From NCBI GenBank assembly GCA_035511075.1, contig DATKFW010000150.1, positions 26,960 through 90,959 on the forward strand: a stretch of 64,000 nucleotides of DNA. The letters run 5' to 3'. Numbering within the stretch: the first letter of the stretch is position 1; each line of letters begins with the position of its first letter. Source of the DNA: Vulcanimicrobiaceae bacterium (GTDB lineage Bacteria; Verrucomicrobiota; Verrucomicrobiia; Limisphaerales; Palsa-1400). Position numbers and translations under genes: made by a program. The notes below the pieces were generated by a model, which did not search any database, had not been told where the DNA came from, and was given only the letters and a program-made list of their open reading frames with translations. Shown piece after piece: positions 18,574-26,451 of the stretch.

Positions 18574-19037
18574 AGGCCAGACGCCACAGCCCGCGCGGGT
18601 TCACCCTCATCGAGATCATGATGGTGGTGGCCATCATCGGTTTGACACTGACGATGGGCATCCCGTCCTTTGTCCGGGTCCTTAGAAAGGAGGGCATGCG
18701 CAAGGCGGAATCCGAAATGGTGGAGGCCTGCCAGGACGCGCGGCGCGCCGCGATCATGAACAATCAAACCACCGATCTGGTGCTCCATCCCATCGACGGC
18801 AGTTTTGAAGTGCCAGGCGCTTATGAAAGGAAGGCGTTTCCGAACGATATTATCATTGACATCCTTGGGGTCAATTTCATCCAACTCGAAAAGGCGGACG
18901 AGGCGCGGGTGCATTTCTTTCCCAACGGCACGAGCGATGAATTTACGATATTGATCCATTCGACCTCGGACGGCGCCTACCGAAAGATTTCCCTGGATAC
19001 GGTGACCGCGTTGACTGTGGTGGAGGACATCAAATGA
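18570..19037 (+). CDS. gspH: Pseudopilin, GspH/FimT-like
   Basis: GTG overlaps the gspF stop; class III signal RG|FTLIEIMMVVAII; C-terminal FFPNGTS. Confidence 0.75.
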   Translation: MKARRHSPRGFTLIEIMMVVAIIGLTLTMGIPSFVRVLRKEGMRKAESEMVEACQDARRAAIMNNQTTDLVLHPIDGSFEVPGAYERKAFPNDIIIDILGVNFIQLEKADEARVHFFPNGTSDEFTILIHSTSDGAYRKISLDTVTALTVVEDIK

Positions 19038-19450
19038 GACTTGCCGCGGAGAGCCGGACGGACGGTCCGGAGGCATTCACTTTAATCGAGGTGATGCTTG
19101 CCATCACGATTTTTTTCATGGCGATGTTCACCATATTGGGTGTTCTGGGTTCCGGCGTGCGCGCGGCAAGTCTCTTGCGTAACAACGGCCCCAGCGCGGG
19201 AATGGTGGTCGCGCAATTGTCCGCCACCAACAAGCTGGAGGAGGGAAGCGAAGCGGGAACGTTCGAGGACATTCCCATTTACCAGGGTTACCGATGGGTT
19301 TCAAATTCTCGCGAGGTGGCCACCAATGGTCTCTTCCAGATCGACGTGGTGGTGGTCGATCCAAATGGCACTCAAAGCTCAATGCTGAGCGTGCTGCTCT
19401 ACCGGCCCGATTCGGACAACGGACAATTGGGATTGCGTCCATCGCACTGA
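19034..19450 (+). CDS. gspI: Pseudopilin, GspI-like
   Basis: EA|FTLIEVMLA; YRW and LFQIDVVV strands; ATGA overlap. Confidence 0.72.
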   Translation: MRLAAESRTDGPEAFTLIEVMLAITIFFMAMFTILGVLGSGVRAASLLRNNGPSAGMVVAQLSATNKLEEGSEAGTFEDIPIYQGYRWVSNSREVATNGLFQIDVVVVDPNGTQSSMLSVLLYRPDSDNGQLGLRPSH

Positions 19451-19453
19451 TCG

Positions 19454-20098
19454 ATGAAGACAAAACGCGCCAATCAAGGGTTCACGCTGATCGAGGTGAT
19501 GGTGGCGTTCACGCTTTTTTCGCTGGTCATGATGAGCGTCATCGCCTGTTGGAAGGCGGTCGTCGCCGGAAAGATCACCGCGGAAACGGCCGCGGCGGCG
19601 GCCCAGCGGGCGCGCATCGGCATGAGAACCGTCGAGAATGCGCTCTCGTGCGCGGAAATATCCGCCCAGAACATTCAGTTTTACGCCTTCCTCAACGACA
19701 CCAGCGGGAAGTTTGCCACGTTGAGCGTCGCAGCCCGGCTGCCGGCGGAGTTTCCCGGCTCCGGACTGTTTGGCGACGACGTTATGCGGCGGGTCTCCTT
19801 TGATGTCGAACCCGGGGCCAACAATGAGAACAATCTGGTGATGAACCAATGGCCGTTGCTGGAGGCATTGGACCAGGCCAACACGCCGTATCCCATTGTC
19901 CTGGCCCGCGATGTCAACGTTTTCATGCTGGAATTCTGGTCGAAGGAGAACGGCGACTGGGAGGTGTCTTTCGATCCGACCAACGCGTTCCCGCCGCTGA
20001 TTCGCGTGACGTTGGGAGTCGGGCACTCGGCGGAACATCCAGACGCGCCGTATGACGTGATTGTCCGAACCGTGGCCATGGCGTCGGTCGCCCATTGA
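19454..20098 (+). CDS. gspJ: Pseudopilin, GspJ-like
   Basis: QG|FTLIEVMVA; C-terminal W...F.P....P.LIRVTL. Confidence 0.75.
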   Translation: MKTKRANQGFTLIEVMVAFTLFSLVMMSVIACWKAVVAGKITAETAAAAAQRARIGMRTVENALSCAEISAQNIQFYAFLNDTSGKFATLSVAARLPAEFPGSGLFGDDVMRRVSFDVEPGANNENNLVMNQWPLLEALDQANTPYPIVLARDVNVFMLEFWSKENGDWEVSFDPTNAFPPLIRVTLGVGHSAEHPDAPYDVIVRTVAMASVAH

Positions 20099-20100
20099 GG

Positions 20101-21270
20101 ATGAGAATGAGAATCGAGAAGAAAAAATCACGCGGTGGATTCGCCTTGATATTGGTCATGCTGACCATCATCACGCTGACGGCATTGGTCGCCTCGCTGG
20201 CCATCTCGATGAATACGGAGATGCGCCTGGCGCGCAATTCCGATTACGACGTGGAAATGGAGTGGATGGGGCGCTCGGGCATCGAACTGGCGGAGTTCGC
20301 CCTTGCCAACAAATGCGCGGCGCAGAAGGGGATCGACGCCCTGGACCAATTCTGGGCCGGTGGAACGTCGCCGTGCAGCAATGACATTCCGCAGATTTCC
20401 CTCAAGAACGTGCAACTGGGTCGCGGGGAGATCTCGGTCACCATCACGGACATGGAGCGGAAATGGGACATCAATTTGATTGCCAACCCGCACCAGCCCC
20501 AACTGGCTGTGCTGCAAAAGGCGCTGGCGGAAGTCGGGGTGACCGACGCCTCCCTAAGCTCGACCATCAGTGATTCAATACTTGACTGGTGTAACCCGGC
20601 TGACACGCCGCGGTTCAGCGGCGCCAAGGACGATTATTACACGCATTTGAAGCCGCCGTATTTCTGCAAGGACGGGCCGATTGATGATTTGAGCGAATTG
20701 CTCCTGATCAAGGGAATGACGCCGGAGATTTATTGGGGGTCCAATGCGACCAATCATCCCGTTTCCGCCTTTCAGCAACATGGCGGAGGCGCGTTCGCCG
20801 AGCCGACCGGCGGCGGCCCGAGCGGTTCTGGCAACAAGGATGAGCCGGTGTATCCGGTCGGTTTGCAGCAATTGTTTTCACCGATGGGCGGCAAGCTCAA
20901 CATCAACACGGCCTCCCTTCAAACCTTGCAGCTCATTCCGGGAATGGATGAATCCAGCGCCGAGGCGATCATCCGGCAACGCGCGGGGCCCGATGGAATC
21001 GACGGCACGGACGACGACGCGCCTTTCCAAAACATCGGTGAGATCAACAGCGGAATGCCCGGAGGCGGGGCGCCGCCCAACGTGCAGGGAGCGCCGCCGG
21101 CAGGCGTCGCCGCCCAGGGTTTGGGCAGTTATATTGACGTGCGCAGCTACGTTTTTGAAGTGAAGGTGGACGCGGAGATCAACGGCTACAAGCGCGCCTT
21201 TTACGGAATAGTCAGCCGCGCCGGCGCCAGCGGCCAGAAAATTCAATGCGTGAAGTTCTACTGGGAATAA
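20101..21270 (+). CDS. gspK: Pseudopilin GspK
   Basis: RG|GFALILVM lacking E5; DSILDW, SELLLIKGMT, LNINTAS...IPG helix-hairpin-helix. Confidence 0.88.
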   Translation: MRMRIEKKKSRGGFALILVMLTIITLTALVASLAISMNTEMRLARNSDYDVEMEWMGRSGIELAEFALANKCAAQKGIDALDQFWAGGTSPCSNDIPQISLKNVQLGRGEISVTITDMERKWDINLIANPHQPQLAVLQKALAEVGVTDASLSSTISDSILDWCNPADTPRFSGAKDDYYTHLKPPYFCKDGPIDDLSELLLIKGMTPEIYWGSNATNHPVSAFQQHGGGAFAEPTGGGPSGSGNKDEPVYPVGLQQLFSPMGGKLNINTASLQTLQLIPGMDESSAEAIIRQRAGPDGIDGTDDDAPFQNIGEINSGMPGGGAPPNVQGAPPAGVAAQGLGSYIDVRSYVFEVKVDAEINGYKRAFYGIVSRAGASGQKIQCVKFYWE

Positions 21271-21277
21271 GCCCCGG

Positions 21278-22015
21278 CTAGGGAAATATTAGGCGGATTC
21301 CAACGGGATTGGTCGGGCCGTTCTGCACTGTGATTTTTTGCATCGAGGGTTTCAGCCAGTTCGCAGAAAAATTCCCGGACGTTGTTTGTTGAGCGCTGCC
21401 ATCGCCGAGCATGATATTTCCTGCGCCGCTGGAGTTCCCTTTTGAATGCATCTTCAGCGACCAGCACACCGGACCCGTGATGATCACGTCGTTACCTTTG
21501 CCGTTAGACGGAGAGTAGCCATATTCTGGATCGGGTGTGGTTCCGGGTCCCAGGTTGCGATCGCCGCCAAGGAGTGCCTGCGGAAAGGTATCGTTTGCGC
21601 TGACGCCGACGAAATAGGAGATATTGGTATTGGCCACGAGGTTAACGAAGGTCTGGGCCGGCTTCCGTTCATCGGTGGGGCAAACGAGCACCAGCGGAGA
21701 TGGCCCAAGGTAGCTGGACATCGCAGCATAATTTGTCCAGGCATAAGCGCTTTCGTCCGTGAGGTAAAGAAAGTCACGCCACCCGCCATTGGTTACTGAC
21801 GCGGAGAATGGATATCTGTCGCCATTATCGTTTGACCAGATGCGATATGCGATGCCGATTTGCTTGAGGTTGTTGATGCAGGCGATGCGAGCGGATTTCT
21901 GACGCGCCCGGTCGGTCGCCGGGATGAGCATGACTAGCAAAGCAGCAACCACGGCTACAACGACCGCCAGTTCAACACGGGTGAATGCTTCCGCCCGACC
22001 AGCGACAGCTTTCAT
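21278..22015 (-). CDS. Prepilin-type N-terminal cleavage/methylation protein, H-X9-DG (DUF1559-like) class
   Basis: EA|FTRVELAVVVAVVAALL; ARQKSARIACINNLKQIG; C-terminal H...GNIMLGDGS. Confidence 0.88.
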   Translation of the reverse strand: MKAVAGRAEAFTRVELAVVVAVVAALLVMLIPATDRARQKSARIACINNLKQIGIAYRIWSNDNGDRYPFSASVTNGGWRDFLYLTDESAYAWTNYAAMSSYLGPSPLVLVCPTDERKPAQTFVNLVANTNISYFVGVSANDTFPQALLGGDRNLGPGTTPDPEYGYSPSNGKGNDVIITGPVCWSLKMHSKGNSSGAGNIMLGDGSAQQTTSGNFSANWLKPSMQKITVQNGPTNPVGIRLIFP

Positions 22016-22104
22016 AAATATATTCTACACCAGGGCCATCATAAAAGCGACTTTTTGATTGCGGTTGCGCTCGGCCCGGCTTGGCCGTAGGTTGCGCCTC
22101 CTTT

Positions 22105-23037
22105 ATGGAACATGTTGTCATCATCGGCACCGGTTGCGCGGGCTTGACCGCCGCCCTCTACGCGGCGCGGTCAAACCTTTCGCCCCTGGTCGTGACCGGA
22201 CTCATGCCGGGGGGCCTCCTGACCACCACCAGCATTGTGGAGAATTATCCGGGCTTTCCCGAGGGAATTGACGGACACGAATTAATGACGCGGATGCAAA
22301 AGCAGGCTGAACGCTTTGGCGCCCGCGTGCGCACGTTGCAGGTGGTGGAATCGGCCGACTTGTCGAGGGCGCCGTTTGTATTGACGGTGGACGGCGAGAG
22401 GGTTGAGACTGAAACGGTCATTATTGCGACCGGAACCAGCCACCGGCATCTGGGAATTGATAGTGAACGGTTGCTGGAAAGGAAAGGGGTCACGTTTTGC
22501 GCGACGTGCGACGGCGCGTGGCCCATGTTCCGGAAACAGCCGCTGGTGGTTGTGGGCGGGGGCGATTCGGCGTGCGAGGAAGCCATATATCTGACACGAT
22601 TTGCGTCCCGGGTTTATCTCGTGCATCGCAGGGACCAGTTGCGCGCGTCAAAGATCATGGCTGATCGCGCGATGGGCCATGAAAAGATCACAATGGTGTG
22701 GGACTCCGTGGTCACGGAGATTCTCGATTTGAAAGCCGACAAGGTGACTGGTGTTGCATTGCGGAACCTCAAGAGCGGCGCCCAAAGCGTGCTGCCGTGC
22801 GCGGGCGTGTTTGTGGCCATCGGCCATGTGCCCAATACGCACCAGTTCAAAGGCGTCATCGACATGGATGAAAACGGATACATCATACCGAAAAAGGGAA
22901 CGGCAACGAACATTCCTGGAGTTTTCGTGGCCGGCGATTGCGCGGACCACGTCTATCGCCAGGCGGTGACTGCCGCCGGAAGCGGTTGCGCCGCGGCGAT
23001 CGACGCGGAACGATATCTGGCCCTGCGGGGAGGTTAA
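22105..23037 (+). CDS. trxB: Thioredoxin reductase
   Basis: IIGTGCAGLTAA, VENYPGFP, CATCDG, VGGGDSA, VFVAGD, YRQAVTAAGSG. Confidence 0.96.
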   Translation: MEHVVIIGTGCAGLTAALYAARSNLSPLVVTGLMPGGLLTTTSIVENYPGFPEGIDGHELMTRMQKQAERFGARVRTLQVVESADLSRAPFVLTVDGERVETETVIIATGTSHRHLGIDSERLLERKGVTFCATCDGAWPMFRKQPLVVVGGGDSACEEAIYLTRFASRVYLVHRRDQLRASKIMADRAMGHEKITMVWDSVVTEILDLKADKVTGVALRNLKSGAQSVLPCAGVFVAIGHVPNTHQFKGVIDMDENGYIIPKKGTATNIPGVFVAGDCADHVYRQAVTAAGSGCAAAIDAERYLALRGG

Positions 23038-23177
23038 GCGATCCCTTTCGTTCCGGTCGCGGATGACGGCGCTTGCGCACGCGCCGGACTGTGCGGACTC
23101 GTGTCCACATATTTCCACTTTGTCCGCAGACAAAGATTGCGCTTTGTTTTGGACCCAATCCCGCCTTTAATCTTTGA

Positions 23178-23840
23178 ATGAGAAAACGTCAGGCGACCGT
23201 CCAGCGCGCGACGCGCGAGACGCGGATTGAGTTGACGCTGAACCTGGATGGCGTCGGAAGGGCATCCGTGAAGACTGGCATACCGTTCCTGGATCACATG
23301 CTGGTGCTCTTCGCCAAACATGCGGTCATGGATCTAAAAATGCGTTGCGAAGGGGACCTGGAAGTCGATGCGCATCACACCGTGGAAGATTGCGGGCTGG
23401 TTTTGGGAACGGCTTTCGCGCAGGCGCTGGGCGACAAGAAAGGCATCCGCCGATACGGAACCGGGTTCGACCCGCGCAATCCATTTACCGGCGAAGCGTA
23501 CGTGCCCATGGATGAATGCCTTGCGAGGTGCGTCGTGGATTTGAGCGGGCGTCCGTACCTGATTTGGCGGGGAATGGAAAAGAAATCCCACAAGAAGATC
23601 ACGGCGGATGAAAAAGCGCAGGATGCGTCGTCGACATTTCGTTTCGGCCTGGCGCGAGAATTCTTCCAGGCATTTGCAAATGAGGCTCGATGCAATCTGC
23701 ATTTGGAGCTGCTTTATGGGGAAGAACCCCATCACATCGTTGAAGCGCTTTTTAAGGCCTTCGCGCGTGCGGCAGACGTTGCCTGTCAACGAGATGCGCG
23801 AATCGCCGGGCTCCTTCCCAGCAGCAAGGGAAAGTTGTGA
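23178..23840 (+). CDS. hisB: Imidazoleglycerol-phosphate dehydratase
   Basis: RATRET, TGIPFLDHM, DAHHTVED, PMDE, HHIVEALFKA. Confidence 0.96.
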   Translation: MRKRQATVQRATRETRIELTLNLDGVGRASVKTGIPFLDHMLVLFAKHAVMDLKMRCEGDLEVDAHHTVEDCGLVLGTAFAQALGDKKGIRRYGTGFDPRNPFTGEAYVPMDECLARCVVDLSGRPYLIWRGMEKKSHKKITADEKAQDASSTFRFGLAREFFQAFANEARCNLHLELLYGEEPHHIVEALFKAFARAADVACQRDARIAGLLPSSKGKL

Positions 23841-23879
23841 TATTTGCTGAATAGTTGCAAACCCGCCCCGTCCAATCCT

Positions 23880-24482
23880 ATGTCAATGGACCAAGATCAT
23901 GCGGCCTCGGCGGAGGCGGATTTGGTTCGATTGGCCCAAAGGGGCAGTATGACTGCCTTTGAGGAATTGGTGGCGCGGCATCGGGACAAAATTTACGCGC
24001 GTGCGTACAGCATGATGCGAAGTGAAGATGAGGCGCTTGATCTTTCTCAAGACGCGTGGGTAAAGGGGTGGCGGCGGCTGGCGCAATTCCAAGGGGATTC
24101 CAGCTTCGTCACTTGGATGACGAGGATCGTCATCAACCTTTGTCTGGATCAGTTGCGCAAACAAAAGCGCCAACGAACCGAGTCAATTGAAGCCTTTGAG
24201 GAGGAGAGCGGCGGAGTGGAGCGGCAAATGCCGGTCGTCACGCCCAATCCGACAGAAGGATTGGAACGGGTGGAGTTGCGGCAGCGGATTGACCGGGCGC
24301 TGGCCCAATTGTCCCATGAGCATCGGACCGTGTTGGTCTTGCATGAATTTGAGGAACTGGAATATAAGGAAATCGCCAAACAGATGAAATGCTCGATCGG
24401 GACGGTAATGTCCCGGCTGTTTTATGCGCGGCGCCGCATGGCATCGCTGTTGGCAGGATTGAAACGGGAGAATTTGGAATGA
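23880..24482 (+). CDS. ECF RNA polymerase sigma-70 factor (RpoE-like)
   Basis: AFEELV, DLSQDAW, SSFVTWMTRI, YKEIA...SIGTVMSRLFYAR. Confidence 0.93.
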   Translation: MSMDQDHAASAEADLVRLAQRGSMTAFEELVARHRDKIYARAYSMMRSEDEALDLSQDAWVKGWRRLAQFQGDSSFVTWMTRIVINLCLDQLRKQKRQRTESIEAFEEESGGVERQMPVVTPNPTEGLERVELRQRIDRALAQLSHEHRTVLVLHEFEELEYKEIAKQMKCSIGTVMSRLFYARRRMASLLAGLKRENLE

Positions 24483-25003
24483 AGCACAAATTGGAATTGA
24501 AAATTCAGGCGTGGCTTGACGGTGAAGTGACGGACCGGGAGGCGGCGCGAATTGCCGACTGGGTGGTGCGGGATGCCGAAGCCGGCGATCTGGCTGCCCA
24601 ACTGGGGACTCTCCGCAAGACGATGGTTGACAATGAGCTCATCGCGCCACTGGCCGAGACGCGCGAATTTCACTGGAGCAAAATCGAGCGTCAAATCCAG
24701 CGCGAGGCCCTGACCCCGCGCCGGTCCATGCCGTGGGTTGCTCGCTGGCGAGGGCTGCTGCTACCGGCGGTCGGCGTGGCGGTGCTGGCGTGCGTGTTCA
24801 CACTGGGTGTCAAAGAAATGCATCAGCCCACTTTTGATGAGATTTCCGCCACGGATCAGGGCATGGAGGCGGTCACTTTCCACGATCAATCCGCCGGGAT
24901 GACCGTGGTCTGGCTGGAGAACAGCAGCCCGGCATCCGGAACCGCGCAGCCCGTGAAAACCTCCGTCCCGGATGACGCCAATTCCGACGTTGAAATGGAG
25001 TAG
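24479..25003 (+). CDS. Putative membrane-anchored anti-sigma factor
   Basis: ATGA overlap with the sigma gene; IQAWLDGEV N-terminal motif; one TM helix. Confidence 0.8.
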   Translation: MKHKLELKIQAWLDGEVTDREAARIADWVVRDAEAGDLAAQLGTLRKTMVDNELIAPLAETREFHWSKIERQIQREALTPRRSMPWVARWRGLLLPAVGVAVLACVFTLGVKEMHQPTFDEISATDQGMEAVTFHDQSAGMTVVWLENSSPASGTAQPVKTSVPDDANSDVEME

Positions 25004-25026
25004 GGGAGCCGTCCGATCAACGATCA

Positions 25027-25497
25027 ATGCACTCCATGTTTCGCTCGATCCTATTGGTTTTTCTAGCAAGCGGGGCGTTTGCGGCTCGAGCCGGCGACGT
25101 GGAACTGGAAGCCCGGCTGGTCTGGGGAACCAGCGACGACAAATGCGACGCCAAATGCAAGCCTGTGGACGCGGACTTGGCCGGAAAGCTACACGGGATG
25201 TTCAAGTGGAAAAACTACTACGAGATCACGAATGAAACGGCCAGCCTGACGCTGAACAAGATTCGCACGCTGAAAATGAGCGACCAATGCACGCTTGAGC
25301 TCAAGAATTTGGGGGGTTCCCGCATTGAAGTCAATTGCATTGGCCAAGGCAAGCAGGTTCATAAGGGAGCTTATACCCTTGACCCTCCGAAGTGGCTGGT
25401 CCTGGGCGGCAACTGTGACAATCACACAGCCTACAACACCGCCTGGTTCATTGGCCTCCGCGCCATCGATACCAAAAAAGCAATCGGCAAGAATTGA
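25027..25497 (+). CDS. Secreted hypothetical protein
   Basis: Signal peptide (…AFAARA|G); co-oriented directly after the anti-sigma gene. Confidence 0.78.
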   Translation: MHSMFRSILLVFLASGAFAARAGDVELEARLVWGTSDDKCDAKCKPVDADLAGKLHGMFKWKNYYEITNETASLTLNKIRTLKMSDQCTLELKNLGGSRIEVNCIGQGKQVHKGAYTLDPPKWLVLGGNCDNHTAYNTAWFIGLRAIDTKKAIGKN

Positions 25498-25543
25498 CCG
25501 GCGCGGTCAGGAAATCGTCGGCTGATTTAATCCCTTCGCGGAT

Positions 25544-25667
25544 CTAGTGTGGTGTCACAGAAGTTCGTTTCAAAACTCCGTCGGCGGGACGCCGACCGAA
25601 GCGGTCGAGACGACCGCGATCCCCGCGCGTAGGAATTATGCAACGAATTTCGATGACACCACACTAG
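25544..25667. mobile_element. 124-bp MITE-like element with IS630-type CTAG ends carrying a REP-like double hairpin
   Basis: 36-bp imperfect inverted repeats (25544-25579 / 25632-25667; outer 14 bp CTAGTGTGGTGTCA perfect, 30/36 overall). Inner hairpins GTCGGCG-GGA-CGCCGAC (25580-25596) and GCGGTCG-AGA-CGACCGC (25601-25617). Confidence 0.8.
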
Positions 25668-26308
25668 AAGGAAATCCCAAGAACCAGCGGATCCAGCAAG
25701 CACAAGGGATTCCGTCGGGCAATCGCGGTGACGATCGGGCTGTAAATCTGGACGTGGCCCACGTGGATGATTTGCGGCCTGAATGCCGCGGCAATATTGC
25801 GCTCGACATCGCTGGTATACGTTGCGCCTTGAGGCTTCAACAAGCCCTCCCGATCAATCCGGTCAAACACTGCGCTCTCGGGCGAATTCCAGGCTGAACG
25901 CACTTGACTCGACGAAGCGGCGGTTTGGGGAGGCAAAGGGTGGCTCACGCTTTCCGGCCTGAAAGGCAGTTGCTGAAACTTCAGCGCAGGAGGAGGGAAG
26001 ACATGGCCCGCAGGTGGCGCGAGTTGCGTTTGAACGGAAACATCGGTCTGCGCCGCGCCGCTGGCGGTGATCGCGAGCGTCTGGGAGGGTCTTCCCCGGT
26101 CGTTGCGACGAAGAGCAGAATACAGGGCGGGCGATGAAGGAGCGTTGGCCTGCAAGGATAAGGCTGGCAATTCTGGCGCCGGCCCCGGCGGCAAATTCAG
26201 CGCTAGAGAAGGAGACGGCTGAGCCGCCGTGACTGATGAGCTGTTCTGTCCGAAACATGCGGACCAAGGCAAAAGCAAAACCCAAGCTGCCAGAAGGACC
26301 CGGTTCAT
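25664..26308 (-). CDS. Secreted Pro/Ser-rich hypothetical protein
   Basis: Signal peptide and GGAGG RBS upstream; low-complexity middle; C-terminus AIARRNPLCLLDPLVLGISF. Confidence 0.72.
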   Translation of the reverse strand: MNRVLLAAWVLLLPWSACFGQNSSSVTAAQPSPSLALNLPPGPAPELPALSLQANAPSSPALYSALRRNDRGRPSQTLAITASGAAQTDVSVQTQLAPPAGHVFPPPALKFQQLPFRPESVSHPLPPQTAASSSQVRSAWNSPESAVFDRIDREGLLKPQGATYTSDVERNIAAAFRPQIIHVGHVQIYSPIVTAIARRNPLCLLDPLVLGISF

Positions 26309-26407
26309 AAATTATCCTCCGATGCTCTGTAATGTCTCACAGTGCAATGGACTCCCGGTTTGATGCCCCGTCAAGTCAGGTGCTTTACCCATGGGGCGCG
26401 GGAAGAG

Positions 26408-26440
26408 GGCGCCGCCGGAAGGGCAATTCCCGGCGGCGCC
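26408..26440 (-). terminator. Stem-loop downstream of the mre-rodA-rne operon
   Basis: 11-bp stem GGCGCCGCCGG/CCGGCGGCGCC 11 nt after the stop; weak U-tail. Confidence 0.5.
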
Positions 26441-26451
26441 GTGGGACTGGA

